This document shows, in pieces, positions 44,444-53,314 of a DNA stretch of 64,000 nucleotides. Origin of the DNA: Alphaproteobacteria bacterium (lineage in GTDB: Bacteria > Pseudomonadota > Alphaproteobacteria > Bin95); the NCBI GenBank assembly GCA_964291285.2, contig OZ219787.1:1696001-1760000 (forward strand). The letters are read 5' to 3'. The notes beneath the pieces were generated by a model. It searched no databases. It worked only from the letters and a program-made list of their open reading frames with translations, and was not told the origin of the DNA. The translations under genes and the position numbers were made by a program. Within the stretch, counting starts at the first letter, position 1; each line of letters opens with the position of its first letter.

Positions 44444-45655
44444 ATGACCGGTCGCCCGGGCCCGCTTGCGGGCGTGAAGGCCGTCGCCTGCTCGACCGCA
44501 CAGGCCGGCACGGTGCCCTACATGCTGATGGCCGATCTGGGCGCCGAGGTCATCAAGATCGAAGTGCCCGGCACCGGCGACGGTTCGCGCGTGGCCGGCG
44601 AGATCAAGGGCGGCGTCAGTTCCTTCTTCGAGACCAACAACCGGGGCGTGAAGAGCCTGACACTCAACCTCAAGTCCGACGAGGGCCGCGCGATCTTCCA
44701 CAAGCTGGTCGCGGAGGCCGATGTCTTCGGGCAGAACTTCCGCCCGGGCGTCGCCGAGAAGAACGGCTTCGACTACGAGACGCTGAAGGCGATCAATCCC
44801 GCGCTCGTCTATGTCTCCATATCCGGCTACGGGCAGGCGGGGCCTCACGCGCACCTGCCGGGCACGGATGCGGTCGGGCAGGCGCTCGGCGGCGTGACGG
44901 AGGCCTATGCCGGGCCCGGCGAGTCCATGCGGACCGGCATCGTGTCGGTCGCGGACGAATCCTGTGCGCTGCTGGCGTTCGGGGGGTTGCTGGCGGCGCT
45001 GCACTGCGCGAGGACGACCGGCGTTGGCCAGAAGGTCGAGACCTCGCTGGTGGCCGGCGTCGTGCGCCTGATGGGCTGGACCCTGACAACAACCATGTGG
45101 CGGAACCGCAACCCGATCACCGGCACGCGGATCAACGGCACCCGCGAGCGCCCCGGCATTGCCGCCAGCTTCAACGATATCGACGGGCGCCCGCTCGTCT
45201 TCCAACTCGGCCACCGGGACTGGAAGCGCGCCATGGAAGCGCTCGGCTTCTACGCGGTGCTGGAGCAACGCGGCGCCGAAGACCTGGGGCTGGCCATCGT
45301 GTCAGAGGAGAAGAAGGACCTGATCCTCTCCACGCTCGCCGAACTGTTCGCGACCGGCAGCCGCGACCGCTGGGTGGAGCTGCTGAGGGCTGCGGACATC
45401 GTCTCCGCGCCGATCAACACGCTGCTGGAAGCCTCGAGCGACGCCGACGTGCTGGCGAACGGCTATGTCGCCGAGAAGCACTATCCGGAAATCGGCGAGA
45501 CGCTGAAGGTCCACGGCACGCCGTGGCGCTTCTCGGAAACGCCGGCGCGGATCGGCGTCGCGCCGAAGCTCGGCGAGCACAACGCCGAAATACTCGGCCG
45601 GCTCGGCTATGACGAAGACGCGCTCGCTTGCTTGCGGGAACGCAAGGTTATCTGA
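44444..45655 (+). CDS. CaiB/BaiF family III CoA-transferase
   Basis: ADLGAEVIKIE, NRGVKSLTLNLK, NFRPG, APKLGEHN. Confidence 0.88.
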   Translation: MTGRPGPLAGVKAVACSTAQAGTVPYMLMADLGAEVIKIEVPGTGDGSRVAGEIKGGVSSFFETNNRGVKSLTLNLKSDEGRAIFHKLVAEADVFGQNFRPGVAEKNGFDYETLKAINPALVYVSISGYGQAGPHAHLPGTDAVGQALGGVTEAYAGPGESMRTGIVSVADESCALLAFGGLLAALHCARTTGVGQKVETSLVAGVVRLMGWTLTTTMWRNRNPITGTRINGTRERPGIAASFNDIDGRPLVFQLGHRDWKRAMEALGFYAVLEQRGAEDLGLAIVSEEKKDLILSTLAELFATGSRDRWVELLRAADIVSAPINTLLEASSDADVLANGYVAEKHYPEIGETLKVHGTPWRFSETPARIGVAPKLGEHNAEILGRLGYDEDALACLRERKVI

Positions 45656-45691
45656 GGCTTCGGCCCTTCCGCAGACAATGGGTGGCAATCC

Positions 45692-46888
45692 ATGACCGGT
45701 CCGCTCGCCGGCGTCACGGTGCTCGACTTCACGCGCGTGCTCGCCGGCCCGTGGTGCACGCTGGCGCTGGCCGATCTCGGCGCCGAGGTCGTCAAGATCG
45801 AGAACCCGAACGGCGGCGACGACACGCGGCGTTTCGACGTCCGCGAGGAGTTGGCGGGAGAAAGCGCCTATTTCGTCTTCGCCAACCGCAACAAGAAGAG
45901 CCTCGCCCTCAACATTGCCGCGCCGGAGGGCCAGGAAATCGCAAGGCGGATCGCAGCCCGCACCGATATCCTGGTGGAGAACTTCCGGCCGGGCGTGATG
46001 GCGAGGCTCGGGCTCGATTTCGATAGCCTCCGCGAGATCAATCCGGGCCTGGTCTATTGTTCGATCTCCGGCTACGGCCATGACAGCCCCTTGCGGGAGG
46101 TTGCAGGCTACGACCCGGTGGCGCAGGCCGAGGGCGGCATGATGGCGATTACCGGCGAGGCCGACGGCGGTCCGCTGCGCACCGGCATCTCCTATGCCGA
46201 CATATTCAGCGGCTACAACGCCTTGCAGGGCGTGCTGGCCGCGCTCTACCACCGCGAACGCACCGGCGAGGGCCAGGCCGTCGACATTGCGCTGCTCGAC
46301 GGCGCGGTGGCCTCGCTCGCCAACCAGGCGCAGGTGACGCTTATCACCGGCCGGGATACCGGGCGCTACGGCAACGACCATCCCTTCCTGGAGCCGTTCG
46401 GCGTGGTCGAGACCGCCGACGGGCCGCTCTACCTCGTCATCGGCAACGACCGGCAATGGGAGCGCTTCTGCCGCGACGTCATCGCGCGCCCCGACCTGCT
46501 GGACCACCCGCATTTCCGCGACAACGCCGCCCGCCTCGCCAACCGCGAAGCGAACCGCGCGCTGCTAGCGGAGATTTTCGCCGCAGACACGCGCGCCGGC
46601 TGGATGGCGAAGTTCCGCGCCGCCGGCGTTCCCGCGGGAGCGGTCCGGAGCATCTCGGAGGCGCTCGCTGCCCCGGAAGTGCGTGCACGCGGCATGGTGC
46701 AGCCGGTGGACCACCCGAAGGCCGGCCGGTTCGAGGCGGTGGCCTCGCCGGTGCATCTCTCCGCCACGCCGACCGCCGCACCCGTCGCCGCGCCGCTGCT
46801 CGGCCAGCATACCGACGAGGTTCTGGCTGCCTTCGGCTACGATGCGGAGGAGATAGCCCGCTTCCACGCCGACGGCGTCGCCGTCTGA
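45692..46888 (+). CDS. CaiB/BaiF family III CoA-transferase
   Basis: DFTRVLAGP, NRNKKSLALN, ENFRPG, APLLGQHT. Confidence 0.92.
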   Translation: MTGPLAGVTVLDFTRVLAGPWCTLALADLGAEVVKIENPNGGDDTRRFDVREELAGESAYFVFANRNKKSLALNIAAPEGQEIARRIAARTDILVENFRPGVMARLGLDFDSLREINPGLVYCSISGYGHDSPLREVAGYDPVAQAEGGMMAITGEADGGPLRTGISYADIFSGYNALQGVLAALYHRERTGEGQAVDIALLDGAVASLANQAQVTLITGRDTGRYGNDHPFLEPFGVVETADGPLYLVIGNDRQWERFCRDVIARPDLLDHPHFRDNAARLANREANRALLAEIFAADTRAGWMAKFRAAGVPAGAVRSISEALAAPEVRARGMVQPVDHPKAGRFEAVASPVHLSATPTAAPVAAPLLGQHTDEVLAAFGYDAEEIARFHADGVAV

Positions 46889-46950
46889 GCGAACGGCCCG
46901 CCAGCCCGCCGCTTGCGCTAAGGTAGCGGCGCTTCGCAGGGGGACGGAAC

Positions 46951-49266
46951 ATGCCTGACGGAACGCAGACCGCATTCGGGGCAAGCCATTGGGGCGCCTT
47001 CACGGCCGAGACGGAAGACGGGCGGCTGGTCGGCGTAAGGCCGTTCGACAAGGATCCAAGCCCGGCGCCTTTCATCCGGGCGCTTCCGGATGCGGTCCAT
47101 GCCGAGTGCCGGATCGCAGCGCCTGCCGTGCGCAAGTCCTGGCTGGAAGACGGGCCGGGCGCCAATACCGCCGCACGCGGCGCCGAGCCTTTCGTGCAGG
47201 TGAGCTGGGACCGCGCGCTCGACCTTGTGGCGTCCGAGCTCCAACGGGTCCGGAGGACGTGCGGCAACGAAGCCATTTACGGCAGCTCCGGCTGGGGCAG
47301 CGCCGGCGTCTTCCACAATGCCCGCAGCCAGCTTGCGCGTTTCCTCAACCTCCATGGCGGCTTCGTGGACCAGGTAACGAGCTTCAGCGTCGGTGCGGCG
47401 AGCGTCATCGTTCCGCGTATCGTAGGCTCGATGCAGCCGGTGTTCGGCCCGGTCAACACATGGCCCGCAATCGTCGAGCACACCGGGCTGATGGTGGCGT
47501 TCGGCGGCATGCCGCCGAAGAACGCCATGGTCAACCAGGGAGGAGTCGGCGCCCACGACGCTCCCGACTGGCACCGGCGCGCAGCGGAGTCCGGGACACG
47601 GTTCGTGTGCATCGGTCCGATCCGCGACGACACGGCGGACGACATCGGGGCCGAGTGGCTTCCCGTCCGGCCCAATACCGACCTCGCGGTGATGCTGGGG
47701 CTCGCGCACACATTGCTGAATGAAGGGCTGCACGACGCCGGTTTCCTCGCCCGCTATTGCACCGGGTTCGACCGGTTGGCCGCCTACCTTCTCGGCGGGG
47801 CGGACGGAACCGCCCGCGACGCCGACTGGGCCGCAGGTATTTCCGGGATACCGGCCGAGACAATTCGCGGCCTCGCGCGTCGGATGGCATCTTCGCGCAC
47901 GCTGATCGGCGTCAGCTGGTCGGTCCAGCGCGCCGACCGCGGCGAGCAGCCCTACTGGATGACCATCGCTCTGGCGGCGATGCTGGGCCAGATCGGCCTG
48001 CCCGGCGGCGGGTTCGGCTTCGGCTACGGCGCCATGCACGGCATCGGCGACCCGACACGGCAGGTGGCGCCGCCCGGGCTTCCCAGGGGAACCAACGCCG
48101 TCGCCAACACGATTCCGGTCGCGCGGCTGGCGGACATGCTGCTGGGTCCGGGCGCGCCCTACCGCTTCAACGGAGAGGACCGCCGCTACCCCGACATCCG
48201 GCTGATCTACTGGTGCGGCGGTAACCCGTTCCACAAGCACCAGGACCTGAACAACCTGCTGAAGGGCTGGGCCAGGCCGGACACGATCGTCATCCACGAG
48301 CCCTGGTGGACGCCGGCGGCCAAGCGGGCCGATATCGTGCTGCCCTGCACGACCACGCTCGAACGCAACGACATCGCGGCATCCCAATTCGACCGCTTCG
48401 TTGTCGCCAGCCAGCAGGCCATCGACCCGGTGGGCGGGGCGCGCAACGAATACGACATATATACCGGCCTCGCAGGGCGGCTCGGATTCGCGGACGCCTT
48501 CACCGAGGGCCGCAGCGAGATGGAATGGCTGCGCCATCTCTACGACCTGTACCGCCAGCGCGTCGCCGGGGACGGCATCGAGATGCCGGGCTTCGACGCC
48601 TTTTGGGAAGCCGGCCATTTCGAAATTCCGGCGCCGGCGAGCCCGCCGGTCCCTTTCGCCGATTTCCGCGCGGACCCCGCAAGGGCGCCGCTCAACACCC
48701 CGTCGGGGCGGATCGAGATCTACTCGGAGACCATTGCCGGGTTCGGCTATGACGACGCGCCAGGCCATCCGACCTGGGCCGAGCCGGTGGAGTGGCTCGG
48801 CAGCGACAAGGCGAAGCGCTTCCCGCTGCATCTGCTCTCGAACCAGCCGCGCGCGCGGCTCCACAGCCAGCTCGATTGCGGTTCGGTCAGCCGGGCTGCA
48901 AAGGTCGCCGGCCGCGAGGCGATGCGCATGAACCCCGCCGACGCCGCAGAGAGGGGCATTGCGGACGGCGACGTCGTGCGCGTTTTCAACGACCGGGGCG
49001 CCTGTCTGGCCGGCGCCGTCGTCAGCGATGCGATCCGCCCCGGCGTGGTCGAGCTCGCGACCGGCGCCTGGTTCGATCCCGTCGATCCGGCGGCGCCGGG
49101 CAGCCTGGAAAAGCACGGCAATCCCAACGTGCTCACTACCGATAAGCCGACTTCGACGCTCACCCAGTGCAGTGCCGCCCAGACGGCGCTCGTCGAGGTC
49201 GAGCGCTTCGAAGGCAAACCGCCCGGCATCACGGCATTCGCGCCGCCGAGCGTCCTCGAAGCGTAA
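46951..49266 (+). CDS. molybdopterin S/N-oxide reductase (BisC/TorA/DMSO-reductase clade), no Tat signal
   Basis: ASHWGAF, WSVQRADRGEQ, YWCGGNPF, ADIVLP, RLHSQL, GAWFDP. Confidence 0.9.
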   Translation: MPDGTQTAFGASHWGAFTAETEDGRLVGVRPFDKDPSPAPFIRALPDAVHAECRIAAPAVRKSWLEDGPGANTAARGAEPFVQVSWDRALDLVASELQRVRRTCGNEAIYGSSGWGSAGVFHNARSQLARFLNLHGGFVDQVTSFSVGAASVIVPRIVGSMQPVFGPVNTWPAIVEHTGLMVAFGGMPPKNAMVNQGGVGAHDAPDWHRRAAESGTRFVCIGPIRDDTADDIGAEWLPVRPNTDLAVMLGLAHTLLNEGLHDAGFLARYCTGFDRLAAYLLGGADGTARDADWAAGISGIPAETIRGLARRMASSRTLIGVSWSVQRADRGEQPYWMTIALAAMLGQIGLPGGGFGFGYGAMHGIGDPTRQVAPPGLPRGTNAVANTIPVARLADMLLGPGAPYRFNGEDRRYPDIRLIYWCGGNPFHKHQDLNNLLKGWARPDTIVIHEPWWTPAAKRADIVLPCTTTLERNDIAASQFDRFVVASQQAIDPVGGARNEYDIYTGLAGRLGFADAFTEGRSEMEWLRHLYDLYRQRVAGDGIEMPGFDAFWEAGHFEIPAPASPPVPFADFRADPARAPLNTPSGRIEIYSETIAGFGYDDAPGHPTWAEPVEWLGSDKAKRFPLHLLSNQPRARLHSQLDCGSVSRAAKVAGREAMRMNPADAAERGIADGDVVRVFNDRGACLAGAVVSDAIRPGVVELATGAWFDPVDPAAPGSLEKHGNPNVLTTDKPTSTLTQCSAAQTALVEVERFEGKPPGITAFAPPSVLEA

Positions 49267-49287
49267 GACCCGTTTCCGTCCGGGACC

Positions 49288-49959
49288 TTACGAAACGATC
49301 GGCAAGGTCACGGCCTCGTAGTCGAGGGTGAGCGCGCGCCCTGTCCCGTCATCGGCAAGGCGGGCGCTGAACCTCTTGCCCGGCCTCACGCCGCCGAGCG
49401 CCGGGATGGTGCCGAGGAACATGGCGAATTCCGGCGGCACTGCCTTGTAGCCGTAGAAATAGTCCGCGATCAGCTCCACCGGCTCGCGCACGGCTGCCAT
49501 GCAGCCCCGCTGGTACGGCTCGCCGTCCATGTCGCTCTCGAGTCTGAGCGCATCCCAACGTTCCACGACATCGTCATAACGCCAGACATCGCGGCCAAGC
49601 GGCTTCGGGCACATCTGCTTGGAGACGGCGACCGACTGCGCCTCGAACTCGCGGTCCGTGTGGTCCGAACCCACGGCCACCAGCATCCCGTGCTCGGCCG
49701 AGCCGATCAGCACCGCCTCCGCCTCGCCGGAGCTTCCCTCGCCCAGCACCTGGATGCGCTCCGCCTGGGTCGCGAGCGACGCGCCGACCCGGTAGTAGAG
49801 CGGCGTCTGCGAGGGCGGCGCCACGCCGATCTCCTTCAACTCCTCGATATGCTCCTCGACCGCCGCCCGGTCGCGCCCCGACCAGCCGGCGATGACGATG
49901 ACGGAGACCGGAACCTCGATTTCCGTCGCGCCCTCGGCGTCGTGAAGCCGGAACCGCAT
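49288..49959 (-). CDS. DUF2848-family protein
   Basis: IAGWSGRD..HIEEL, SSGEAE, GSDHTDR, SKQMCPKP. Confidence 0.8.
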   Translation of the reverse strand: MRFRLHDAEGATEIEVPVSVIVIAGWSGRDRAAVEEHIEELKEIGVAPPSQTPLYYRVGASLATQAERIQVLGEGSSGEAEAVLIGSAEHGMLVAVGSDHTDREFEAQSVAVSKQMCPKPLGRDVWRYDDVVERWDALRLESDMDGEPYQRGCMAAVREPVELIADYFYGYKAVPPEFAMFLGTIPALGGVRPGKRFSARLADDGTGRALTLDYEAVTLPIVS

Positions 49960-49971
49960 GCGCTTTCCTCC

Positions 49972-51330
49972 TCAGCCCGTCCGCCGCCAGGCAGTGCCGT
50001 CCGGCCCGTCCTCGAGCGCGATGCCGCGCGCGGCCAGACCGTCCCGGATCGCATCGGCCCGCGCGAAGTCCCGCGTCCGCCGCGCCGCAACGCGCTCCGC
50101 TACCAGCGCCTCGATCTCGGCCACGTCGTCGCCCTCCCCGTGCAGCCACGCCGTCGGGTCCGCCTGGAGCAGGCCCAGAAGCGCGCCCGCGCCGAGCAGG
50201 GAACCGGCCAGCGCCGCCTTCTCGTCCGCTTCCTCGGCCCGGTTGAGCGCCGTTGCGGTCTCGTGCATGGCGGCGATGGCGGCCGGCGTGTTGAGGTCGT
50301 CGAGCAGAGCCTCAAGCACGGCCGGCGCCGGTTCGCCCGGCTCATGCGCGCCGGCGTCCCTGAGCGCCCGGTAGAGCCTGTCGAGGCCGGCCTTCGCCTC
50401 CGCCAGCGTGTCGCGGCCGAATTCGAGCGGCGCCCGGTAGTGCGCCTGCAACAGGGCCAGCCGCACCGCCTCGCCCGGCGCATCGGCCAGCAGTTCACGC
50501 ACGGTCAGCACATTGCCGATCGACTTCGACATCTTGTCGCCCTTCACGACCAGGTAGCCGTTGTGCATCCAGTAGCGCACGAAGGGCGGGCCGTGGGCGC
50601 AGACGCTCTGGGCCAGCTCGTTCTCATGGTGCGGGAAGATCAGGTCCGCCCCGCCGCCGTGAATGTCGAAGGCGTCGCCCAGATAGGCGCGCGACATGGC
50701 CGAGCACTCGATATGCCAGCCGGGCCGGCCCCGGCCCCAGGGGCTCTGCCAGCCGGGCAGGTCGTCCGCGCTCGGCTTCCAGAGCACGAAATCCGCCGGG
50801 TCGCGCTTGTAGGGCGCCACATCGACGCGCGCGCCCGCGATCAGTTCCTCGCGGGAATGGCGCGAGAGCCGCCCGTAATCCGGCATGGAGGGCACATGGA
50901 ACAGCACATGCCCGTCCGCCTCATAGGCATGGCCGTCCGTGACCAGCCTTTCGATCATCTCGATCATTTCGCCGATATGCCCGGTGGCACGCGGCTCGAC
51001 ATCGGGCGGCAGCGCGCCGAGCGCGGCCATGTCGGCGTGGAAAGCCTCGGTCGTCCGCGCCGTGATGCGGTCGATGGGCTCGCCCGTTTCCTTAGCGCGG
51101 GCGTTAATCTTGTCGTCCACATCCGTGATGTTGCGCACATAGGTCACGCGCGGATAGAGCCGCTTTAGCAGCCGGTAGAGCACGTCGAACACGACGACCG
51201 GGCGCGCATTGCCGATATGCGCGAGGTCATAGACCGTCGGCCCGCACACATAGAGGCGCACATGGTCGGGATCGAGCGGCTCGAAGGGCTCCTTGGCGCG
51301 CGCCAGCGTGTTGTGGACGGTGAGGGTCAC
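49972..51330 (-). CDS. cysS: cysteine--tRNA ligase
   Basis: YVCGPTVY..HIGNAR, GRPGWHIECSAM, KMSKS. Confidence 0.97.
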   Translation of the reverse strand: MTLTVHNTLARAKEPFEPLDPDHVRLYVCGPTVYDLAHIGNARPVVVFDVLYRLLKRLYPRVTYVRNITDVDDKINARAKETGEPIDRITARTTEAFHADMAALGALPPDVEPRATGHIGEMIEMIERLVTDGHAYEADGHVLFHVPSMPDYGRLSRHSREELIAGARVDVAPYKRDPADFVLWKPSADDLPGWQSPWGRGRPGWHIECSAMSRAYLGDAFDIHGGGADLIFPHHENELAQSVCAHGPPFVRYWMHNGYLVVKGDKMSKSIGNVLTVRELLADAPGEAVRLALLQAHYRAPLEFGRDTLAEAKAGLDRLYRALRDAGAHEPGEPAPAVLEALLDDLNTPAAIAAMHETATALNRAEEADEKAALAGSLLGAGALLGLLQADPTAWLHGEGDDVAEIEALVAERVAARRTRDFARADAIRDGLAARGIALEDGPDGTAWRRTG

Positions 51331-51461
51331 GGTTTCGTCTCCGGCTCCGTTCGGTGGTTGGTCATCGGCAGGCGGATATAGGGCAAGCGAGCGTCCGCGT
51401 ATATGTCCTTGCCGGGCGCGGAGGGGGGAGGGCGCGAGTGGAGCGGGCCCACTCCAAGGGA

Positions 51462-51499
51462 ATGTCATGAGATGTCATGTTTTGTCATGAGGCGCTCCG
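51462..51499 (-). repeat. phased CATGACA repeats 'end B', copy 2
   Basis: TGTCATG at 51463, 51473, 51483; reverse complement cggagcgcctcatgacaaaacatgacatctcatgacat matches 31694-31731 with 2 mismatches. Confidence 0.9.
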
Positions 51500-51530
51500 C
51501 ACCGCAGCGCCGCCGGCCGCCGGACCGCGC

Positions 51531-52118
51531 CTACAGGGTGAGCCCCGGCGGGTCCGGTGCGCCCAGTTCCGCGCGTATGCGGGACGCGGTCTCCACATCC
51601 CGGGTCCACTCGTAGAACACGCCTTTGACGATGGTGAGCACGGTCCCGGTGCCGGCGAGACGCCTGAGTCCGTGTTCGTGGTTCGGTGGCGGGGAGCCGC
51701 AGGCGTCGGCGACCACGGCGACCCGGTAGCCCGCCGCGCGCAGCCCGAGAGCCGATTGCGCCACGCACACATCCGTCTCCAGCCCGGCCAGCACGAAGCA
51801 GTCCCGCCCCAGGGCTTCCAGCGCAGCGCGGATATCCGCCTGGCCCCAGAGCCCGAAGACCCGCTTGTCGAACACCGGCGGCGCATCGGCGGGAAGACAG
51901 CGGGCGAGCGCCGGCACGAGCGGGCCGAGACGCTCCATGTCCTCGGCGGTGGCGACGACCGGAATGCCGAGCGCGCCCGCCGCCCGCATCAGCCACGCAA
52001 TCCGCCCGACCAGCGGGCCGCGCCAGCCGAGCGGCAGCTTGTCCAGGAAATGCTGCTGCACGTCGATGACCAGAAGGCAGGAGCGTTCCCGTTCGATCAG
52101 GTTCACGTCCGGGTCCAT
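51531..52118 (-). CDS. isochorismatase-family protein
   Basis: LLVIDVQ, FDK, AGLETDVCVAQS, VVADACGS. Confidence 0.88.
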   Translation of the reverse strand: MDPDVNLIERERSCLLVIDVQQHFLDKLPLGWRGPLVGRIAWLMRAAGALGIPVVATAEDMERLGPLVPALARCLPADAPPVFDKRVFGLWGQADIRAALEALGRDCFVLAGLETDVCVAQSALGLRAAGYRVAVVADACGSPPPNHEHGLRRLAGTGTVLTIVKGVFYEWTRDVETASRIRAELGAPDPPGLTL

Positions 52119-52279
52119 GATGCCTGCGCCTCCTCGCGGCGGCAGGATGCGGCCCGCTGCCGGCAACCGCAACCGCTTCCCCGGCGGCGGCGTTCCGAAA
52201 GACCCCATTTCCTCCGTCTCCGCATGACTTCCTCATCCTCGTCATCCTTCGCATCGAGCTTCGTTTTGCCCCCGCTTTG

Positions 52280-52585
52280 TTTCCTTCCATCCATGCCCTG
52301 CCGCTCTTTCGCTCCGGGCGGTCGGGACCCTGATTCGCGCGTATCCTGCGCGGGCGCCTGCGCGCCTGCCGGCGCGCGTATCGCGGCGGCGCGGTTCGCA
52401 CGCCTGATTGCGCGCGCGAGGCAGAGGGCGCACGTCTCCCGTGCGTTTCTCAGAGATTTTTCGCGCCGGCGCGAACGGCGAAACGAAGCGGCCCCATGGA
52501 TGCCGCTTCCTTCCTTTGGCCTTATATCATGATAGAATTTTTGATTTCAAGTTAAAATTCAGAATTTTTTCTAAATTAACGAACA
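52280..52585 (-). repeat. dispersed structured repeat 'end A', copy 2
   Basis: Same ordered blocks as 26941-27262, e.g. ACGGGAGACGTGCGCCCT at 52442-52425 and the 16-bp palindrome at 52460-52475. Confidence 0.85.
52521..52575 (-). promoter_or_regulatory. sigma70-like promoter with upstream palindromic box (copy 2)
   Basis: TTTAGAA-N4-TTCTGAA (52575-52558), 7 nt, TTGAAA (52550-52545), 18 nt, TGn-TATAAG (52526-52521). Confidence 0.55.
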
Positions 52586-52621
52586 TCGCAAGAGCGGACA
52601 CCCCCTCTGCCGACTTCAGCA

Positions 52622-53314
52622 TTATGCTGCGGCAATCTCCTCCTGGAAGCGCAGTGCCGCGGCGCGGGGGTCGGGGACGCGGAGGATTTCGCGGGCGACG
52701 ACGAGGTGGTCGGCGCCGGCGGCGATGGCGGCGCGGGGGGTGGCGATGCGCTTCTGGTCGTCCGCCGGGGAGCCGGGCAGGCGGATGCCGGGCGTGACGA
52801 TCAGCATGTCCGGCCCGAGCGCCTCGCGGAGCATGGCGGCTTCCCGGCCGGACGCCACCACGCCGTCCATGCCGGCCTCCCTTGCGTGATGCGCGCGGGT
52901 CAGCACAAGCTCCTCCAGCGTGCCGCGCCAGCCGAGTTCGCGCACGCCCGCCTCGTCCATGTCGGTGAGCACGGTGATGGCGAGCAGGCGCGTCCCGGAA
53001 GCGCCCCGGCCCCGGCGGGCGGCTCCCATGACCTGCCGGTCGCCGTGTACCGTCAGCAGGTCGGCCCCCAGCGCCGCCGCGCCGCGCGCCGCGTTCTCGA
53101 CCGTCTGCCCGATGTCCCAGGCCTTGGCGTCGAGAAAGACCTTGCAGCCTTCCGCCACGAGCTCGCGCGCAAGCTCGATGCCGCCGATATAGAAGAGGCC
53201 CATGCCGATCTTGTAGAAGCGGGCGGCGTCGCCGATGCGCTCGACGATCCGGCGGGCGCTGTCGCAGTCCGGCGTGTCGAGGCCGACGATCAGGCGGTCG
53301 CGCGGGTCGGTCAC
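52622..53314 (-). CDS. pyrF: orotidine-5'-phosphate decarboxylase
   Basis: LIVGLD, FLDAKAWDIGQTV, VTPGIR, DDQKR; GTG start at 53314. Confidence 0.93.
   Translation of the reverse strand: MTDPRDRLIVGLDTPDCDSARRIVERIGDAARFYKIGMGLFYIGGIELARELVAEGCKVFLDAKAWDIGQTVENAARGAAALGADLLTVHGDRQVMGAARRGRGASGTRLLAITVLTDMDEAGVRELGWRGTLEELVLTRAHHAREAGMDGVVASGREAAMLREALGPDMLIVTPGIRLPGSPADDQKRIATPRAAIAAGADHLVVAREILRVPDPRAAALRFQEEIAAA

Noticed and set aside
52224-52260. Purine-rich GATGA(C/G)GAG low-complexity run
   Set aside because: Short, not shared with copy 1, no supportable function.
52558-52575. Irr/ICE iron-control box
   Set aside because: The ICE consensus has a 3-nt spacer; both copies here have 4 nt, so it is kept only as an unassigned palindrome.
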